Assembly (NCBI GenBank): GCA_002104945.1
Contig: MCFH01000030.1
Coordinates: forward strand, 124,001-188,000
Length of the DNA stretch: 64,000 bases
From: Piromyces finnis finn
Taxonomy: Eukaryota > Fungi > Neocallimastigomycota
Direction of reading: 5' to 3'
Shown: one piece after another, positions 19,363-34,524 of the stretch
Numbering within the stretch: the stretch's first letter is position 1
Layout: each line of letters starts with the position of its first letter
Program-made: the position numbers and the translations under genes
The notes under the pieces: model-generated
Database searches by the model: none
What the model was told of the DNA's origin: nothing
What the model saw: only the letters and a program-made list of their open reading frames with translations

Positions 19363-19609
19363 AAATAACAATTTTAATCCAAAATTAAAAAATAATTTAT
19401 CATTTTAAAATTTGTTTAGCTTTAAATTAATTGGCATTAATTTTTATGTAATTATCTTAGAAAATTCTAAATCTTTTATATTTGAAATTATTTTTTTTTT
19501 CTCTTATTAATAAAAAATATATATACTATTGAAATTTAAAAAAAGAAATACAATTTATATTATTAAAAGATTATTTAATTTACAATAAATAGATATGAAT
19601 ATAATTATT

Positions 19610-20221
19610 TTATTTAACCAATGGTCGAACATGATCTGAATCAGTTAAACTGTGTTCTCTATATTGTTGCATTTCTTTCAAGTATCGTGAAGATAAATCA
19701 TCTTTCATCATATCTGATGCCTTTATCCTGTGTTTTTTCATTTTTCTATTTTCTTCTTCCTTCTTTCTTGCTTCTCTTAGCATTCTTCTTCTTCTTTTAC
19801 CTCTTAATCTCTGTATTTAAATATTTTTAATTTTTAATTTTGTTAAAATTTTCATTTTATCTACTTTAATTTTTATCAACTAATTTAACTTACAATTGCT
19901 TCTTCCCATTCGAATTTTCTTTAATAACATTTGATAAAAAACAATGATAAATAATAATTTAATTTTAACATTTATTTTATTTCAAATTAAAAATACTAAA
20001 TAATATATTAATAATTATATATACTTTTTTAAGGATTCATTAATTTTTTTCTTTTCATCTTGCTCTTGTAATAATTTAAATCTTTTCAAAAAAGAACCAT
20101 CATTTGAAAAAACATTTAATTGTACATTATTATTTGAAGATTTCTTTTCTTTTGGTAATTTCTGTATATCTTTATCTTTTGCAATATTATCAAATTTTTC
20201 TCTTGACGTTTCTGATGACAT
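19610..20221 (-). CDS. TRIR: TRIR/C19orf43-like protein (3 exons)
   Basis: Contains FSNDGSFLKRFK and ends SRYLKEMQQYREHSLTDSDHVRPLVK*. These match the conserved TRIR motifs (FxNDGSFLxxFK; C-terminal KYMxEVxKY...RPLVK). Splices are in frame. Confidence 0.75.
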
Positions 20222-20883
20222 TTCTAATTAAATATATTTTTTTAATTAAGGCATATTTATAAATGTAAAAGAGGGGAAAAAATTAGTTATATTGGTATTT
20301 TTATTTGAATTTTTCCACAAATAAATCAATGATGATTGATTGATTAATAAATTTCTTAAAATTACCTTTCTAAAAATATATAAAGGTTGGAAGGTGAAAT
20401 TATTAAAAAAAATTTTTTTAAAAAATTTTTTTATATCAACTTTAAATATATTTAAATTTCATAAAATTAATTATATTAAATTAAAAAATAAAAAAAGTAT
20501 TTTTTATTTTGATAGTTTATGTAATAAAATATAAACTAATTTTAAAAAAAAATATAGAAATGAAAAAAAAAAAAAGTAAAATATTGTTAATATAAAAGAA
20601 TGTAAAAATATTAGATAAATAATAATAAAAAGAAAATAAAAGCTAATTAAAATATATAATAATAATAATAAATAATAATATACCAAAAAAAATAATATAA
20701 TTTATTATATTATATTAATTAAAGAAATAACAAGTAATAAAAAGCCCAATTAAAAATAAAACTATTTAAAATAACAAATAATAAGAGTATTATTAAAATT
20801 ATAAAACAACTAGAAAAATTCAATTTATTATTTCCAATAAAATAATATTTATATGAAGATTTATTTCTAATATTCTAAATAAA

Positions 20884-23800
20884 ATGTCAAAAATTCAAAA
20901 CTTTGGTATCAATCCTGTTATTAAACAGTTAGTTAACTTTGATACCTTCAAGGTAATAGTAATAAATTAAATATTTTTATAATACAATTATAATAATGAT
21001 AAATGATAATAATAATAATAAAAGAAAAATATAAATAGAAAATCAAAAGGATTAATCTAATTATTATATTTTATATATTATATTCTGTAATTCTAAAATA
21101 ATAATTTTTAAAATTAGAATGATTATTCAATACATGATTTTGTTGAGCAAATTACTGAAGAACAAGTTATACAAGCAAGAAAAGAAAATTCAGGTTTTTT
21201 TTTAAAAAATAAATAAATAAATAAATAAATAAAAATTTATGCTTTATAATATATATTAAATTTAAAATTTAAACAATATTGAAATTGAATTTTCAAATTA
21301 ATTTAATTAATAGAATTTGAACCAAGACAATTTATTAGAACTTTTGAAAATGCAATAGAAGAATTAGTAAAACTACATGAACAAGTTAGTAGTCAAATTG
21401 TTTCTCTAGAAGAAGAAGTTAAAAAAGAAGAAGAAACTAAAAAAAATAGGGCTAAAGAATTAAATAGTGCATTTGATGTAAAATACTCTATCTTTCATTA
21501 TAATTTTAAATAGTATATCTAAATTTAAAATTATATATTTTTAGGATGTTTTTAAGGCTTTTGAGACTTTGGAAAGTAGAATAGGTGAAGTTGGGAATAC
21601 AGCTATACGTATAGGTAATATATAAAAATGTTGTGTAATAATTAAAATGTATATATATATTAAAAATAAACTAAGTTTTGTTTTGTTTTATTCTATTCTA
21701 TAAAAGGTGAACAATTGGAAAATATTGATAAACAAAGAAATAGGACATGTGATTCAAAAGATATTATTCAATATTTTATGGAATTTAATGAAGGAAATTA
21801 TGATAGAATTAACAAATTGGCAGAAAATGGAGATGAAGGAGAATATGAAGTAATATAAAAATAAAAATATAATACAAATATTAAAATAATTAATTGCATT
21901 TATTAATTGAGTAATAACAATAAAATTAGGCCACAGTAATAATAAGAAGATTAATTAATATTACAAATGAAGTTGATGCACCTGGAGCAGAACATGTAAT
22001 AATTATAAATTAGTTTTTATGTTGTCTCATGATAATATTTAAAAATAATAAGAAAAAAAGAAAGAAAATATACTAATTAATTAATTAATTGATGAAATAG
22101 GCCAAAGGAAATATAGAAAAATATAGTGAAGAACTTGAAAAAAAAATCTTAGAAAAATTTGATAAAGTTTACAAAGAAAATGATATTGATAGAATGGCTG
22201 TAAGTTAGATTAGTAATATTTATTAAATTTATATAATAATTTTTTAGATCTATTCACCTACTAAACTATAAAATTATTTATTTCAGATATATGCAAAATC
22301 ATTAATGAATTTTAATGGCGGAAATTCATGTATTCAAATGTATATAAATCAAAATAAATTATTTTTAATTACTGCAAACCAAAATGATTTTATATGTAAA
22401 GATACTGAGTAAGTCATTAAATATTATTAATTTTTAAGATCAATTATAAATAAATGATAAAATAGTATATTTAGATTTTTCTATTTTTAATATTCAATAA
22501 AATGAAGGGATGATATTATAATAGTTAATCCTGAACTTTCAAGATTATATGATGAAATAAGAAAATCATGTTATGAAGAATGGGAAAAAATATCAAAGAT
22601 TTTCCCAAATGCTTCATATGTAATGAAAATGTTTATTCAAAGAATATTTGTTCAATCTGTAAATACAAAATTTTATATATAATGCATAATAAATATTATA
22701 TTTTAATTTAAATAAAAAAAATTATAATTTATTAATAAATTCATTTATTATTTAAAGATTCAAATGTTTATTGAAGGGATATTAAAAGCTGCAGAAAATG
22801 TTTCAATAAAATTATATCTTAGAAATTTATATTCATCATATATTGCATCCAAAAAATTAATTGAAGAAATAAAAAACGATCTTTCTGAATACTTGCCAAA
22901 TATATATTCTTATTTAGAAAGATATTTACAAGATATTTTTATTCCATATTTAAAAGGATATTTAGAAAAAGAAAAAAGTTTTTTGATTGAATCATATAAA
23001 CAAGAATTAGCTTCTTATATTGCTTATCATGTAAGAAATTAAATTTATATATATAATTAATATAGTTTATTATTAATGTATTGATAAATAAAATATTTAA
23101 TTATTCAAAAAAAATTAATTTAGGAATATAGAAAAGAAAATTTAAATAAAACTATGTTTACTTGGGCTATTAATTCAATCACTTCAACTGCAACAGCAGC
23201 AGGTTATAACCCGAATAATCAAAATACACCCCAAGCATATGCTAATAGATTGTTTGGAAATTTATTAGAACAAGGAAAACCAAATTCAACAACAATAAAT
23301 ATGAATAACAATAATAATAATGAAAGTACAAACAACAATGGTGTGATATTTACAGAAGATTCTGGTAAACTTGATACCTCATTATGTGTAAAATTATTAA
23401 AAATACATTCTGAATCGATTATAAGATGTAATGAATTAAGTATAATTAATGAATTGTAAGTATTTAAATTATTTAATATATATAGAAATTAATAATATGC
23501 AATAATTACATAATTGATTAAACAAAAACTTATGCTTTAAACACGATTAAAATTTAGACCTCAAAACATTAGAGATTTATTTAATATATTAATAGATTAC
23601 TTTGGAATAAGTTATATTGAAGTTGCCTTAGATGTGTAATAATATAATAATACCTATAATAATATATAAGATATTTTTTTTAATTATAATAAATATTAAT
23701 TAGTTGTAATAATATATTCAAATTTTTTTTTCCTATTTATTTTGTAGTGAAATAGAAAATATTTCTGCATTTGATTCCAAAACTGAACCAAACTTTGATC

Positions 23801-24863
23801 ATTTAACCACTTTTAAATTAGCAAATAAATTTATTCATTTATTACAAGAACATTTCCAAAATTCAATAGTAACAATGATATATTATGAATATTTATTATT
23901 ATTATTTTAATACTAATTTTTAATAATATTTTTAATTAAATTTATTAAAGCTTCCCTTTATTGAAACATATCCAACTGTTCATAGACAAATTGTTGAAAC
24001 CAAAAATGAATTCATAAGCAAAATGGAGCAAAAATTAAATATTATTTTACAAAAGCAAATTAATTGTAAATATTAAATCTTAAATTTTAAAAAGTATAAT
24101 AATACATATAAATATAAATATATTAATTGATTGTATTAATCATTTTAATAATATAAGGTATATCAAATTGGTTGGGAATTTTACTTCAAAAACAAAAAAA
24201 ATATGATTTCAAACCAAAGGAGGACTCAATTATGAGTAGTAGTTTATGTTCAAATACATTGGTAATTAATTAATAAAATATTAATAATAAGAAATTCTTT
24301 AAAATATGAATAATAAACTCTATATTAATATCTTATATATATAGGCATGTACAAGTTGTGTGGAGTTCTTGGAAAAAACATATAGAAATATGTCTAAATA
24401 TTTGAATAAATCAACAAATTTTCAATCGTTTATTATCGAAGTTGGAATTATTTTCTTTGAGTAATTAATAATAGATCATAAAAAATTTATTATTATAAAA
24501 CAGAAATTATACTAATATAACTTTTTATTATTAATACAGAATGTTATTAGAACACTATAAAAGATTTGTTACAAATAATACTGGTGCATTAATCTTAACA
24601 AAGTGATTAGAATGAAAAATTATAGTTAATTACAAAAATTAATAACATTATTAAATATTAAATTATATTTTTCAACATTCTTAGAGATATTGCAGCCTAT
24701 CGTAGACTAATTGAAGATTGGGATATTGTTCAATTAGCAGAAAGATATGATATGTTGGTACAACTAGGTAATTTATTTGTTATAGAACCTGAAAATATTG
24801 ATTCCCTAATTACAGAAGGCTATTTAGCAAAGATTGAATCTTGTCTCTTGAGACCTTATTTAA

Positions 24864-24894
<31 letters not shown>

Positions 24895-25123
24895 GTTATA
24901 TATAATATGCATATATAATGATATAGTAAATAACTTATTTTATTCTCTCAATAAAAATTATAATTATTAGATGAGATCTGACTGGAGTAACTTTTCAAAG
25001 GCCCAAAAAGATTTATTTATGGAAGTTACTGAATCAGAAAAAAATAAAAGTGATGATTTTATTGGACAGTTCCAAATGTTAAAAGAAATGATTAATGAAA
25101 AGAAAAAGGGTTTGAACTTATAA
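20884..25123 (+). CDS. SEC10: Exocyst complex component Sec10/EXOC5 (many exons)
   Basis: Exons read ...FIRTFENAIEEL..., VFKAFETLESRIGEVGNTAIRIGEQLENIDKQR..., MLVQLGNLFVIEPENIDSLITEGYLAKIE..., MRSDW. These are typical Sec10 segments. Confidence 0.9.
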
Positions 25124-25430
25124 AATAATTAAATAAATTTAAACTAGCAAATATAGAGGAAATAATAAAATAATAATATAAATAACAACACAATAATAAC
25201 AAATAAATTAAAATTGAATAAAATATCTACAAGAAAAAATAAAAATAAAAATTTATATATATTCAATTATATATAATATTTTATTATTGTAATATTGTTT
25301 CTATTCATAAAAGTTTTCATTGATAGTTTGATATTTTATAGTTTTGTATAATTTTCCAAAAATTTGAGTGAAAAAATTAATTATTATATAAATTTCAAAA
25401 TTATCAATATTATAATTACAAAAATTAATT

Positions 25431-25543
25431 CTAAGTCGCTATTTTATATGGAGTTCCGTCTTTTTTTAACCTTTTCATTAATATAAGTTCACTATAAAAT
25501 TATATTGAAGAAAATTAGAATTTTTATATCAATTTAATTAACA

Positions 25544-25575
<32 letters not shown>

Positions 25576-28301
25576 CCCAGAACATTGGCATCTTGCTTTA
25601 TTAACATCTATTGATTTTGAGTGTCTTCCATAACTATACATTTATTTTAAAATATTACATAAATTTTAATTTTTAATTTTCTTTTATTATATATATATTT
25701 ATTTATTTATTTATTTATTATTTATATTAATCATTAAATTATTTATATTCACATATGTCCACAATTTTGGCATTGATATCTAAAAAGAAGAAAATTAAAA
25801 ATTAAAAACTAATCTCAATAATTAATTAAACTATATATTATATAATATTTACTTATATTTATAATCAATTTCATAAGAATGATACGTTGTAACTTTAATA
25901 TCAGAATAGCATGATTCAGCTTTTCTTCCCCTATATTATATTATACATTAGAAATTATATTAATTATTAACATTGTTATTTTAATTACATATACTTACCA
26001 ATATTTAAAATGATTTCCATGTTTTTCTTCTTTCACATCATCTATTAAGAATACGGCTACATGGCACATTTCATGAATTAATGTATTTTTTAATTTATCT
26101 TATTATATAATAAAATAATGATGTTATTTTCTTTCTCTTGATATTTAATTTTACTATTTATATTTATATTAGCATATACTATAATTATTTTTAGATAATA
26201 TTTACCTAAATTATCCAATACTTTACAAGATAATTCGATTTTTATTGATTTTATATTTTCCTTATTGCTTACGTTTAATATTATTATAAATATTTACCTT
26301 AGTTATAAATAAATTAAAATTCTATAATTTAACAAATGTTATATTTACCATTTCATTTTGGTTCGTCCTGCTGTTTTATATAGAGTTTTTGACCATTCAA
26401 TTTCCAAATTGGTTGGTAACTGATTTTCAAAAATTTCCTTATTAAATTCCTGATATAAAATTGGTGTCATATCGAATCTTTCTTTTTTGAAGTTTTTTAA
26501 AAATTTAAAGGCTAATCAATGAAATTATGTTATAAAAATTTGATAATTAATAATAAATTAATATCATTAATATAAAAAGGTAAAAAAAAATTATTATACT
26601 AACCTGTTGAAATTTTTTTAGTTTTTTCTATTTATTTTTTATATTTAAATTTATTAATACAAAAAAAATTAGCTTATTAATAATTATTATTTAACTTTTT
26701 TTTTATATTCTAATATATATATTAATATAATTTTTATCTCATTTTACTTTTCTTTTTTCTAGCTCGTATAATAACTTCTTTATGATAATTTTTCTTCTTT
26801 ATTTCATCATTATAATTTTCATATTCATCAATGCTTTCTTCATCATTATCCCATGATAATGAATTTTTATCATTATTGCTATCACTATTTACCTCCTCAT
26901 CACTCATTTTATTTTCAATAATATATATTTTTTGTCTTTTGAATATTTCCAATTCACTATTTTTCATTTTTTTATCTACATTAAATACATCCCTATTTGA
27001 ATCATTAAAACTAATGTCATCTTCTTCATCACTAACAATTATGCTTTTAACCTTTCTTTTTTTTCCTCTATATATACAAATTTCATCATTATCAATTCTA
27101 TTGACATTTCGTGATTTAGTACAATATTGTATATACGTATATAAAAATAAAAATTTAAAAAATTATTATATATTATATAAAAGTATTATTAATATATATA
27201 TAATGAAATTATAATAATTACTTCTCTATTTGTACATTACTATTATTGAATTGATCCAATGAATTATTTATATGAGTATTAAATTGTCCAAATTCTTCAT
27301 TTTCCTTTTTTTGCTGAACTTTATTATTACTATTTGTAGGATTATTATCAACTATTATTGTTTTTTCAATATTATAATCTGTATCCATAGCTAACAATGA
27401 TATATTCTCTTCATTTTCATTTAATAAATTATATATGTCATTGTTCGGATCTTCAACATTAATTTTTAAATTATTAATCATTGTACTGTTTAAAACATTC
27501 TCATCAACTGTGAATTTTGATATATTTTTTGATATTGGATATATTGTGCTTTCATTAAACACGGAAGAAAAAGGTTTCATATTTACTAATATATTTTTTT
27601 CTTCTGATTTATCAAGTAAATCTTTAAAACTTTCATCAATTTTTGAAAAATCATAATCATTCGGTAAAATTGATAATTTTTTATCTGATCTAACTACTTT
27701 TGGTTTTAAATATTCTGGAGGTGATATAAATGATGAATCGTTTGAATTTTTATCTTTCCCCTCTTTTATTAAACTTAAGAACTTTTTATCATTTAATTCT
27801 GATTCTGATAATTCATAACTACTACAAGAATTAATGCAAATTTTGTTATGTATATTCTCTTTATCATCAGAATTAAGATTAGCATTAATTTTAGTATTAT
27901 TGTTGCTATTGTTATATTTTAATTCATTACCTTTATGATTAATACCATTATTGCTATCTACATCATTTCTATTATTTTCATTACTATTTTCAACATTATC
28001 ATTATTTTGAATGTTCATATTACAAATTTCTAATGGTGTTTTTGTTTTAAAATCATCAATACTACTTTCAAAATTATTGATTTCAGTTTTGCTTCTTTTA
28101 AATAAGTTCTTTACTTTATATGTTTCAAAAATACTTTCTGTTAACTTATCATTTCTTTTACGTTTTCTTTGTTTTTCAATCGATAATAAATAATCAAATT
28201 TTTCTTTATTTGTAATATAAAAAGAATGACTTCTATTTCTAATAGACATATTATAATTTTCAATGCTATTAAGCAAAAAATCTTCATTTTCCATTACATT
28301 T

Positions 28302-28352
<51 letters not shown>

Positions 28353-29586
28353 TCTTCATTATCAAGTTCTTCTAATAGCGTTATATTTACATTAGTTTTT
28401 ATTCCATTTAAATTAGATAATTCATCATTTGTTTCGATAGTCACTGTACGTGTAATTTCCTTGTTTTCTTTACTTTCTACTTCTTTTTCATCTATATATT
28501 CTGTATTTATTTTTGATTCATCTATATTATCATTATCACTTTGAGAAGAAACAGAAGAACTACTTAGTGTTCCTCTATTTTCATAATGTTTTATTTCTTT
28601 ACTTTTTTGAATGTTACTTTGACATTTCTCTTCATCCTTATTCTTTTCTTCTCTTTTATTAGAATTTTTTCCAAAAAACCCAAATAAATATTTTCTAATA
28701 TTAAAAAATGTAGAGTACTTTTTAGAAACATTAGTTGTTTTTTTTTCAATCTTTTCGGATTTTCTTGTTTTATTTTTGATTTCTTTAATTTCATTCTCTT
28801 TCTCTTCAATTTTTTTATTATTTTCGATCTCATTCTTTTCTTCTTTATCAATCCGTTTAATTTCTTCAGCACTTGATAAACTGTTAAATTGTTTGCTTGA
28901 ATTACTTGACAAGGATTTCACATCCATATCCATTAATTGTTCTGAATTTTCTTCAATTGCTATTGGATTATCATTACTTCCTTCTTTTAAATTTTCATTT
29001 TCAAAATTAAAATTATCATCTTCATTTTCTTCATCCAATACCCATGGACCTTTCAAAAATATATCTGATTCCCTAACAACAATTTTACCTGAACTTCTCC
29101 TATGCGAAGATTTTCTTCTTTTTGTATGTTTATAATTAGATTTTATTATATTTGAATTTTGAATTTCTTCATTTTTATCTTCAAACTTCTTTTTCCAATT
29201 GATTCTTAATATTTCTAATTCATTTATGCTTGATTTACTGGTTGATTCCAAATTCCTTAAATTATTTTCCTTTTCTAGTTGTTTTTCTATCTTTTTTTTT
29301 TTATTTATTTTTATTTTTGGTAATATAATTAAATAATTAAAAGAAATAATATTAAAAAAAAAAAAAAAAAAAAAGGAATTACTAATTATAATATTATATT
29401 TTTTTATTTAAAATTTACTTATTATCATTGCCTACTTTAAATATTCTGTACCTTTTGTAAATAATTTTTCAAAAAATCAGAATTTATTTCTTCGTTAGGA
29501 TTATTAATTTTTAGATTATTTAAATATGATTTCAAATTGTCATTTAACGATTTATCTGTAATTTCTCTTTTATTACTTGAAAGCAT
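25431..29586 (-). CDS. GCNA/ACRC-like SprT metalloprotease with a very long disordered N-terminus and C-terminal Zn finger
   Basis: 3' exons give WSKTLYKTAGR, KLKNTLIHEMCHVAVFLID (HExxH, ~26061-26075), HGNHFKYW, VTTYHSYEIDYKY..C...C, YGRHSKSID...RCQCSGELILMKRLKKDGTP. The upstream 677-aa ORF splices to an ATG exon at 29586. Confidence 0.8.
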
Positions 29587-30021
29587 ATTATAATACAAAA
29601 AATATTTTAAACTATAATAATAATAATAAAAAAAATAAAATAATTTTCTTTAAATTATCTTTTATAAATAATGAAACCCTTGTATTTTACATATTTTTTT
29701 GTATTATTTCTAAAAGAAATCTTTAAATCCAAATACTCAAATACTCTGAACTACTTAGCAAAAATTTTATTAATATTAAATAAAATTATATTGAATATAT
29801 ATTTATATATATTTTTGCAGAAATTTTATGTATAATTGAATCAATATTAAAAATATTGAAAGTTAATTTATATTAAAAGAATTTGATTATTTTTTTTATG
29901 TAAAGTCCGCTCAAAATATTTACTTCAATTATATCTTTTTTTCGTTTTTCTATTATTTTTAAAAACATAATACTATCAATAAATTTTAAATTAACTTGTT
30001 TACTCTAAAACATGAATAAAC

Positions 30022-33000
30022 ATGAATAATTCAGTATCTTCTATTTATACAAACGAAAATAAATATTTATATAATTCCAGTATCTATTCAAAAGATTATT
30101 CATATAATGACCAATATAGCTCAAGCAATAATTCATTTGCAAAGTATAAGGAAACCAAAAATCTTGCTAATAAGTTTTTAGAAATTACAAAAACAAAGGA
30201 TAATTATAAAAATGAATATAATTGTTTTAGGTATAATATATATAATTATTATACTTTAAAGATTAATAGAAATTATTAATTTTAAACAATAAATAATCTA
30301 ATAATTAATAATATATAAGTTGTAATAATAATAAATATACCAAAAAATTAGATGACTATATTGATGATAAAAAAAAAATTGATTCTGATAATGTAACTAC
30401 TTTAACAAATTATTTTATTTACAATTAAATTCTATATTAAAAATGAAAAAAAAAAAAATCAATAAAAAACATACATTTAGGAATCAAATATATCCTTTAC
30501 TACAGAATCAACAGATTTTACTACGCAAAATAACACTAAAAGCAACTATAAATATTATAGTGTTGAAGATTTTCTAAATATTTCAAAGGAAAATGAAAAT
30601 AGAGAATTAATGTAATTGTATTAAGAAAAAAGAATTTTTTTATTACAAACATCATTATTTAACATTATATATATATTAATTATAGAAAAATAGATACAAC
30701 AAAACATAAACTTTTAAAAGAAAATACAGAAATGAAACATAACGAAATGAAATATATAAATTTTATAAAAGATATTCAAAAATTGATGAGTAATAATACT
30801 TTAATTGATATTCCAATGTTAATTGAATTATTTAAGAATAACCTATATGAAATCGGTATACTAGAAAATGATTATATAATTCACATATATTTTTTAATAT
30901 GCTAAATATTCAAATAATTAATTATTTTTAATATTTCTAGATTATATAAAAAATTTTTTGAAAGAAATTGAAAAGCAAAATGTATGTTTGCTCTAATATT
31001 TTTAATATTTATCCCTAATATTATTAAATTTATATAAATAATATTATATTATACAAATATATAAATGTATGTGAAAAATTATAGACAAACCATGATAAAA
31101 CTATATTGTATAAAGGAGAAGAGATTATATCATTATGCAAATATAACGAATTACAAAATGAATATAATAATGTTAAAGTATTTACTTATTAAAAAATTTC
31201 AAGTATAAAATTATTTTACAAAAATATTTATAATATATTTATTTCCATATTTAAACATTATGGTAGATTGAAAAATTGAAAAAAGAAGATCAACTAAATA
31301 AAAAAAATAAACAATTAGAAGAAAATAATGAAGTTTTAATCAAATATAAAAAAAATATAAAAAATTATGAAAAGGAGATCAAAAATTATGAATCAATTAA
31401 ATTACAACTAATAGATAAAAGCAATAATTTAAATAATATTATCAAAACTAATAAAGAAGAAATAGAGAAAAAAGATGCTAAAATAGTAAATATTATCATA
31501 ATCTATAACTATTAGTATTAAGGTATTTCTTGATAACGATTAAAAATTTATTTCTTAAATTTAATAGAAAATTTTGAATGATGAACTTTCAAAAATAAAG
31601 AATGAATATAAAAATAAGATAGAATTATATGATAAATTAAAAAATTCTTCAGATAATTACATGGAAAAACTAAAAGAAACAATTTCATTGGTAATATTTA
31701 TTATACTATTAACATAAACATTTCTCTATTAAAAACAAATTTAACCTAATATTGAGTGATAAAATTAAATTAATGTTATTAGTTAATATGTTGTCCAAAG
31801 GAAAGTTTAAATGAAAATTTCCTAGATGAAATGAATTATCATTTTTCAGTATGAAAACTATATTTTTATAATAATAGAGATATTCATTATTATTTATTTT
31901 TTAAATATAAAATATTTCGAAACCTCACACTTATTTAACTATACATTTTATTAGAATGATATATTATATAAACATTTTAAAAATTCATATTCTCAAGGAA
32001 ATATTTTTAATTATATAGAATCCTTGAAAGAAAACATTATTAAAAAGGAAAAGGAAATTAATGTCAAACTTGAATCTATTAATTTATTAAAAGAACAGAA
32101 AATAGAATTAACTAAAAATTATGAAAATAAAAAGAATGAAATTATTAAAACTAACAACTATAACACTCAAAAACTGTAATATATCATATATATTAATTAA
32201 ATTTTATATAATACACTACTGATTGAATTTCATTTCCTTTTATCATTTTAATTTTTAGAGAAAGTAAAATTTCAGATTTAAATAAGATATTAATGGAAAA
32301 GGATCCTTTAATAAAAACCAAAGATAAGTCAATTAGTAAACTTAAAAGTGAAAATGAGAATTTGGTAGGATATAATTATTCAAATATATATAATAAAAAT
32401 TACTATTTATTATACCATCATTAATGATATTATTGTTTTATATAATAGAAATTCTTATTAAATACTTTAAAAAGCGATATTAGTATTAAAGAAAATATAA
32501 TTAATTCTTTTAATACAAAAATTAAAGAACTTGTAAAGTCAATACTCTATTTTTCTATCACATTCATAATTATTTTAAATTTTTCGCTAATTTATATATA
32601 TATCATAATTTATAGACTTTGAAAGAAAAATCGCTGCAAAAAATAAATGATAATTATAAGGAAACAATAGATATATTAAAAAAAAAACAAAAATCATTAA
32701 AGTAAATCATATAAATTAAAATGAGATATATACTACTCTTAAAAATTAATTAGTATTTATAATTGTATATATATTTATATATTTCAACTTTTAATTAATA
32801 GTACTTTAAACACTCATAAAGACACTATTAATAAAAGTTTGAAGAATAAGATTACACTACTAGATGAGCAAATCAATAATATAAAAAATGAAAATTGTGA
32901 TCAATTAAAGCATGAAATAAAACTCTTAAAAAATAATATATCAAGAAAAGATGAAATAGTAATAACTAATAAGAACAAAATAAAAGAACTAACTGATGTA

Positions 33001-34018
33001 AAAAAAAAATAATAAATTATAATTATTTATAAGCATATATTTAACGTAATATTTTTTATTTCCATAATATAAAAAAAATTAAAATATGTATTTAAAGAAC
33101 AATGAAGAATATAAAAAACAATTAAATAATTATAAAGAATTGGATTTATTCAATAGTAACAAATACCAATTATTAAACGAAAAATATAACATGATTGTCA
33201 CAGAAAAAAATAATTTGCAAATGAAAAATGACAAACTTAGCAAAGTCTTGAAAAATATTTCTGAATATCTTCTATCAAAATACAAAAATCTGATACTTGG
33301 AAGTAAGCCGGATATTATTGATAACGATATAATAATTAAAAAGGAAACTAAAGATGAAGAACCATCATTTTCATATAGTGAAAATGAAATTGTTGAAAAA
33401 ATTAAAAAAATTTCTGAAAATGTATATATATATATATATTATTAATAACAAAATCAAAATGTTTAATATAATATAATATTATTAGAATATTTATATTTGT
33501 ACTTATTTATATATATTATTAACCTAATTTAGATGCTAAATATTGACTTCAAAGATGTAATAAATATTAATAACATTGATAAGTATACAAAAAGCAATGA
33601 TAAAAAGAATAAAATGTCTCTTAATAAAAAAAAATTATTTCAATATAATCAAAAAAAAAAAGAATTCAATTATATGTAAGTGTTTATAAATATATATATG
33701 AAACTTATAATATAAGCAATGATTTATAATATTGTCTATTATTATATTTTTATTATTGTTCTATTAGAATAGATATGGAAAACTTTGAATCTAAACTATT
33801 TAATTATTTCACCAATTTAATAGAACTATCTTCAAAATCAAAATAATATATATGGTATTTATAATTTATACAATAACAAAATATATAAATAAAATATTTA
33901 TTTTTTTACATTTATATAATGCCTAACCTAATTTATTGTTATATAAATTATCTATCTATTTATTCGTTCATTTATTATTAATTTATTTGTTTATTTATTT
34001 ATTTATTTATTTATTAAT

Positions 34019-34061
<43 letters not shown>

Positions 34062-34070
34062 TTAATTTGT

Positions 34071-34133
<63 letters not shown>

Positions 34134-34142
34134 TTAATTTGT

Positions 34143-34185
<43 letters not shown>

Positions 34186-34194
34186 TTAATTTGT

Positions 34195-34261
<67 letters not shown>

Positions 34262-34386
34262 TTACAATTATTTTTTTATTACAATTATTACCATGCTTTT
34301 TTTTATTTTATTTTAATTTGTATCATTGCAATTTTATTTTTTTAATTTAACTTTTTAAGAATAATATTTTTAATATGAAAAAATAA
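30022..34386 (+). CDS. Hypothetical multi-exon coiled-coil protein (3' end uncertain)
   Basis: A series of K/E/N/L-rich heptad exons bounded by GT..AG (e.g. 31276-31515, 33086-33445). No diagnostic motif. Confidence 0.5.
33955..34262. repeat. ~300-bp (TTTA)n microsatellite with periodic TTAATTTGTTTA interruptions
   Basis: Directly visible. It produces the spurious LFIY-repeat ORF 33936-34316. Confidence 0.95.
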
Positions 34387-34524
34387 AAAAATGAAAAATA
34401 TTTTTTAAAAATTTTTTAATAATTTGTTCTTTTTATAATTATTTTTTAAATAAAAACAAAAAATAATGAAGATTTAAAAATTGATGGTCTAAAAAATAAT
34501 AACAATAATAGCAATCTAAATAAT

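Noticed and set aside
33936-34316. 126-aa LFIY-repeat 'membrane protein' ORF
   Set aside because: It is the (TTTA)n microsatellite read in frame.
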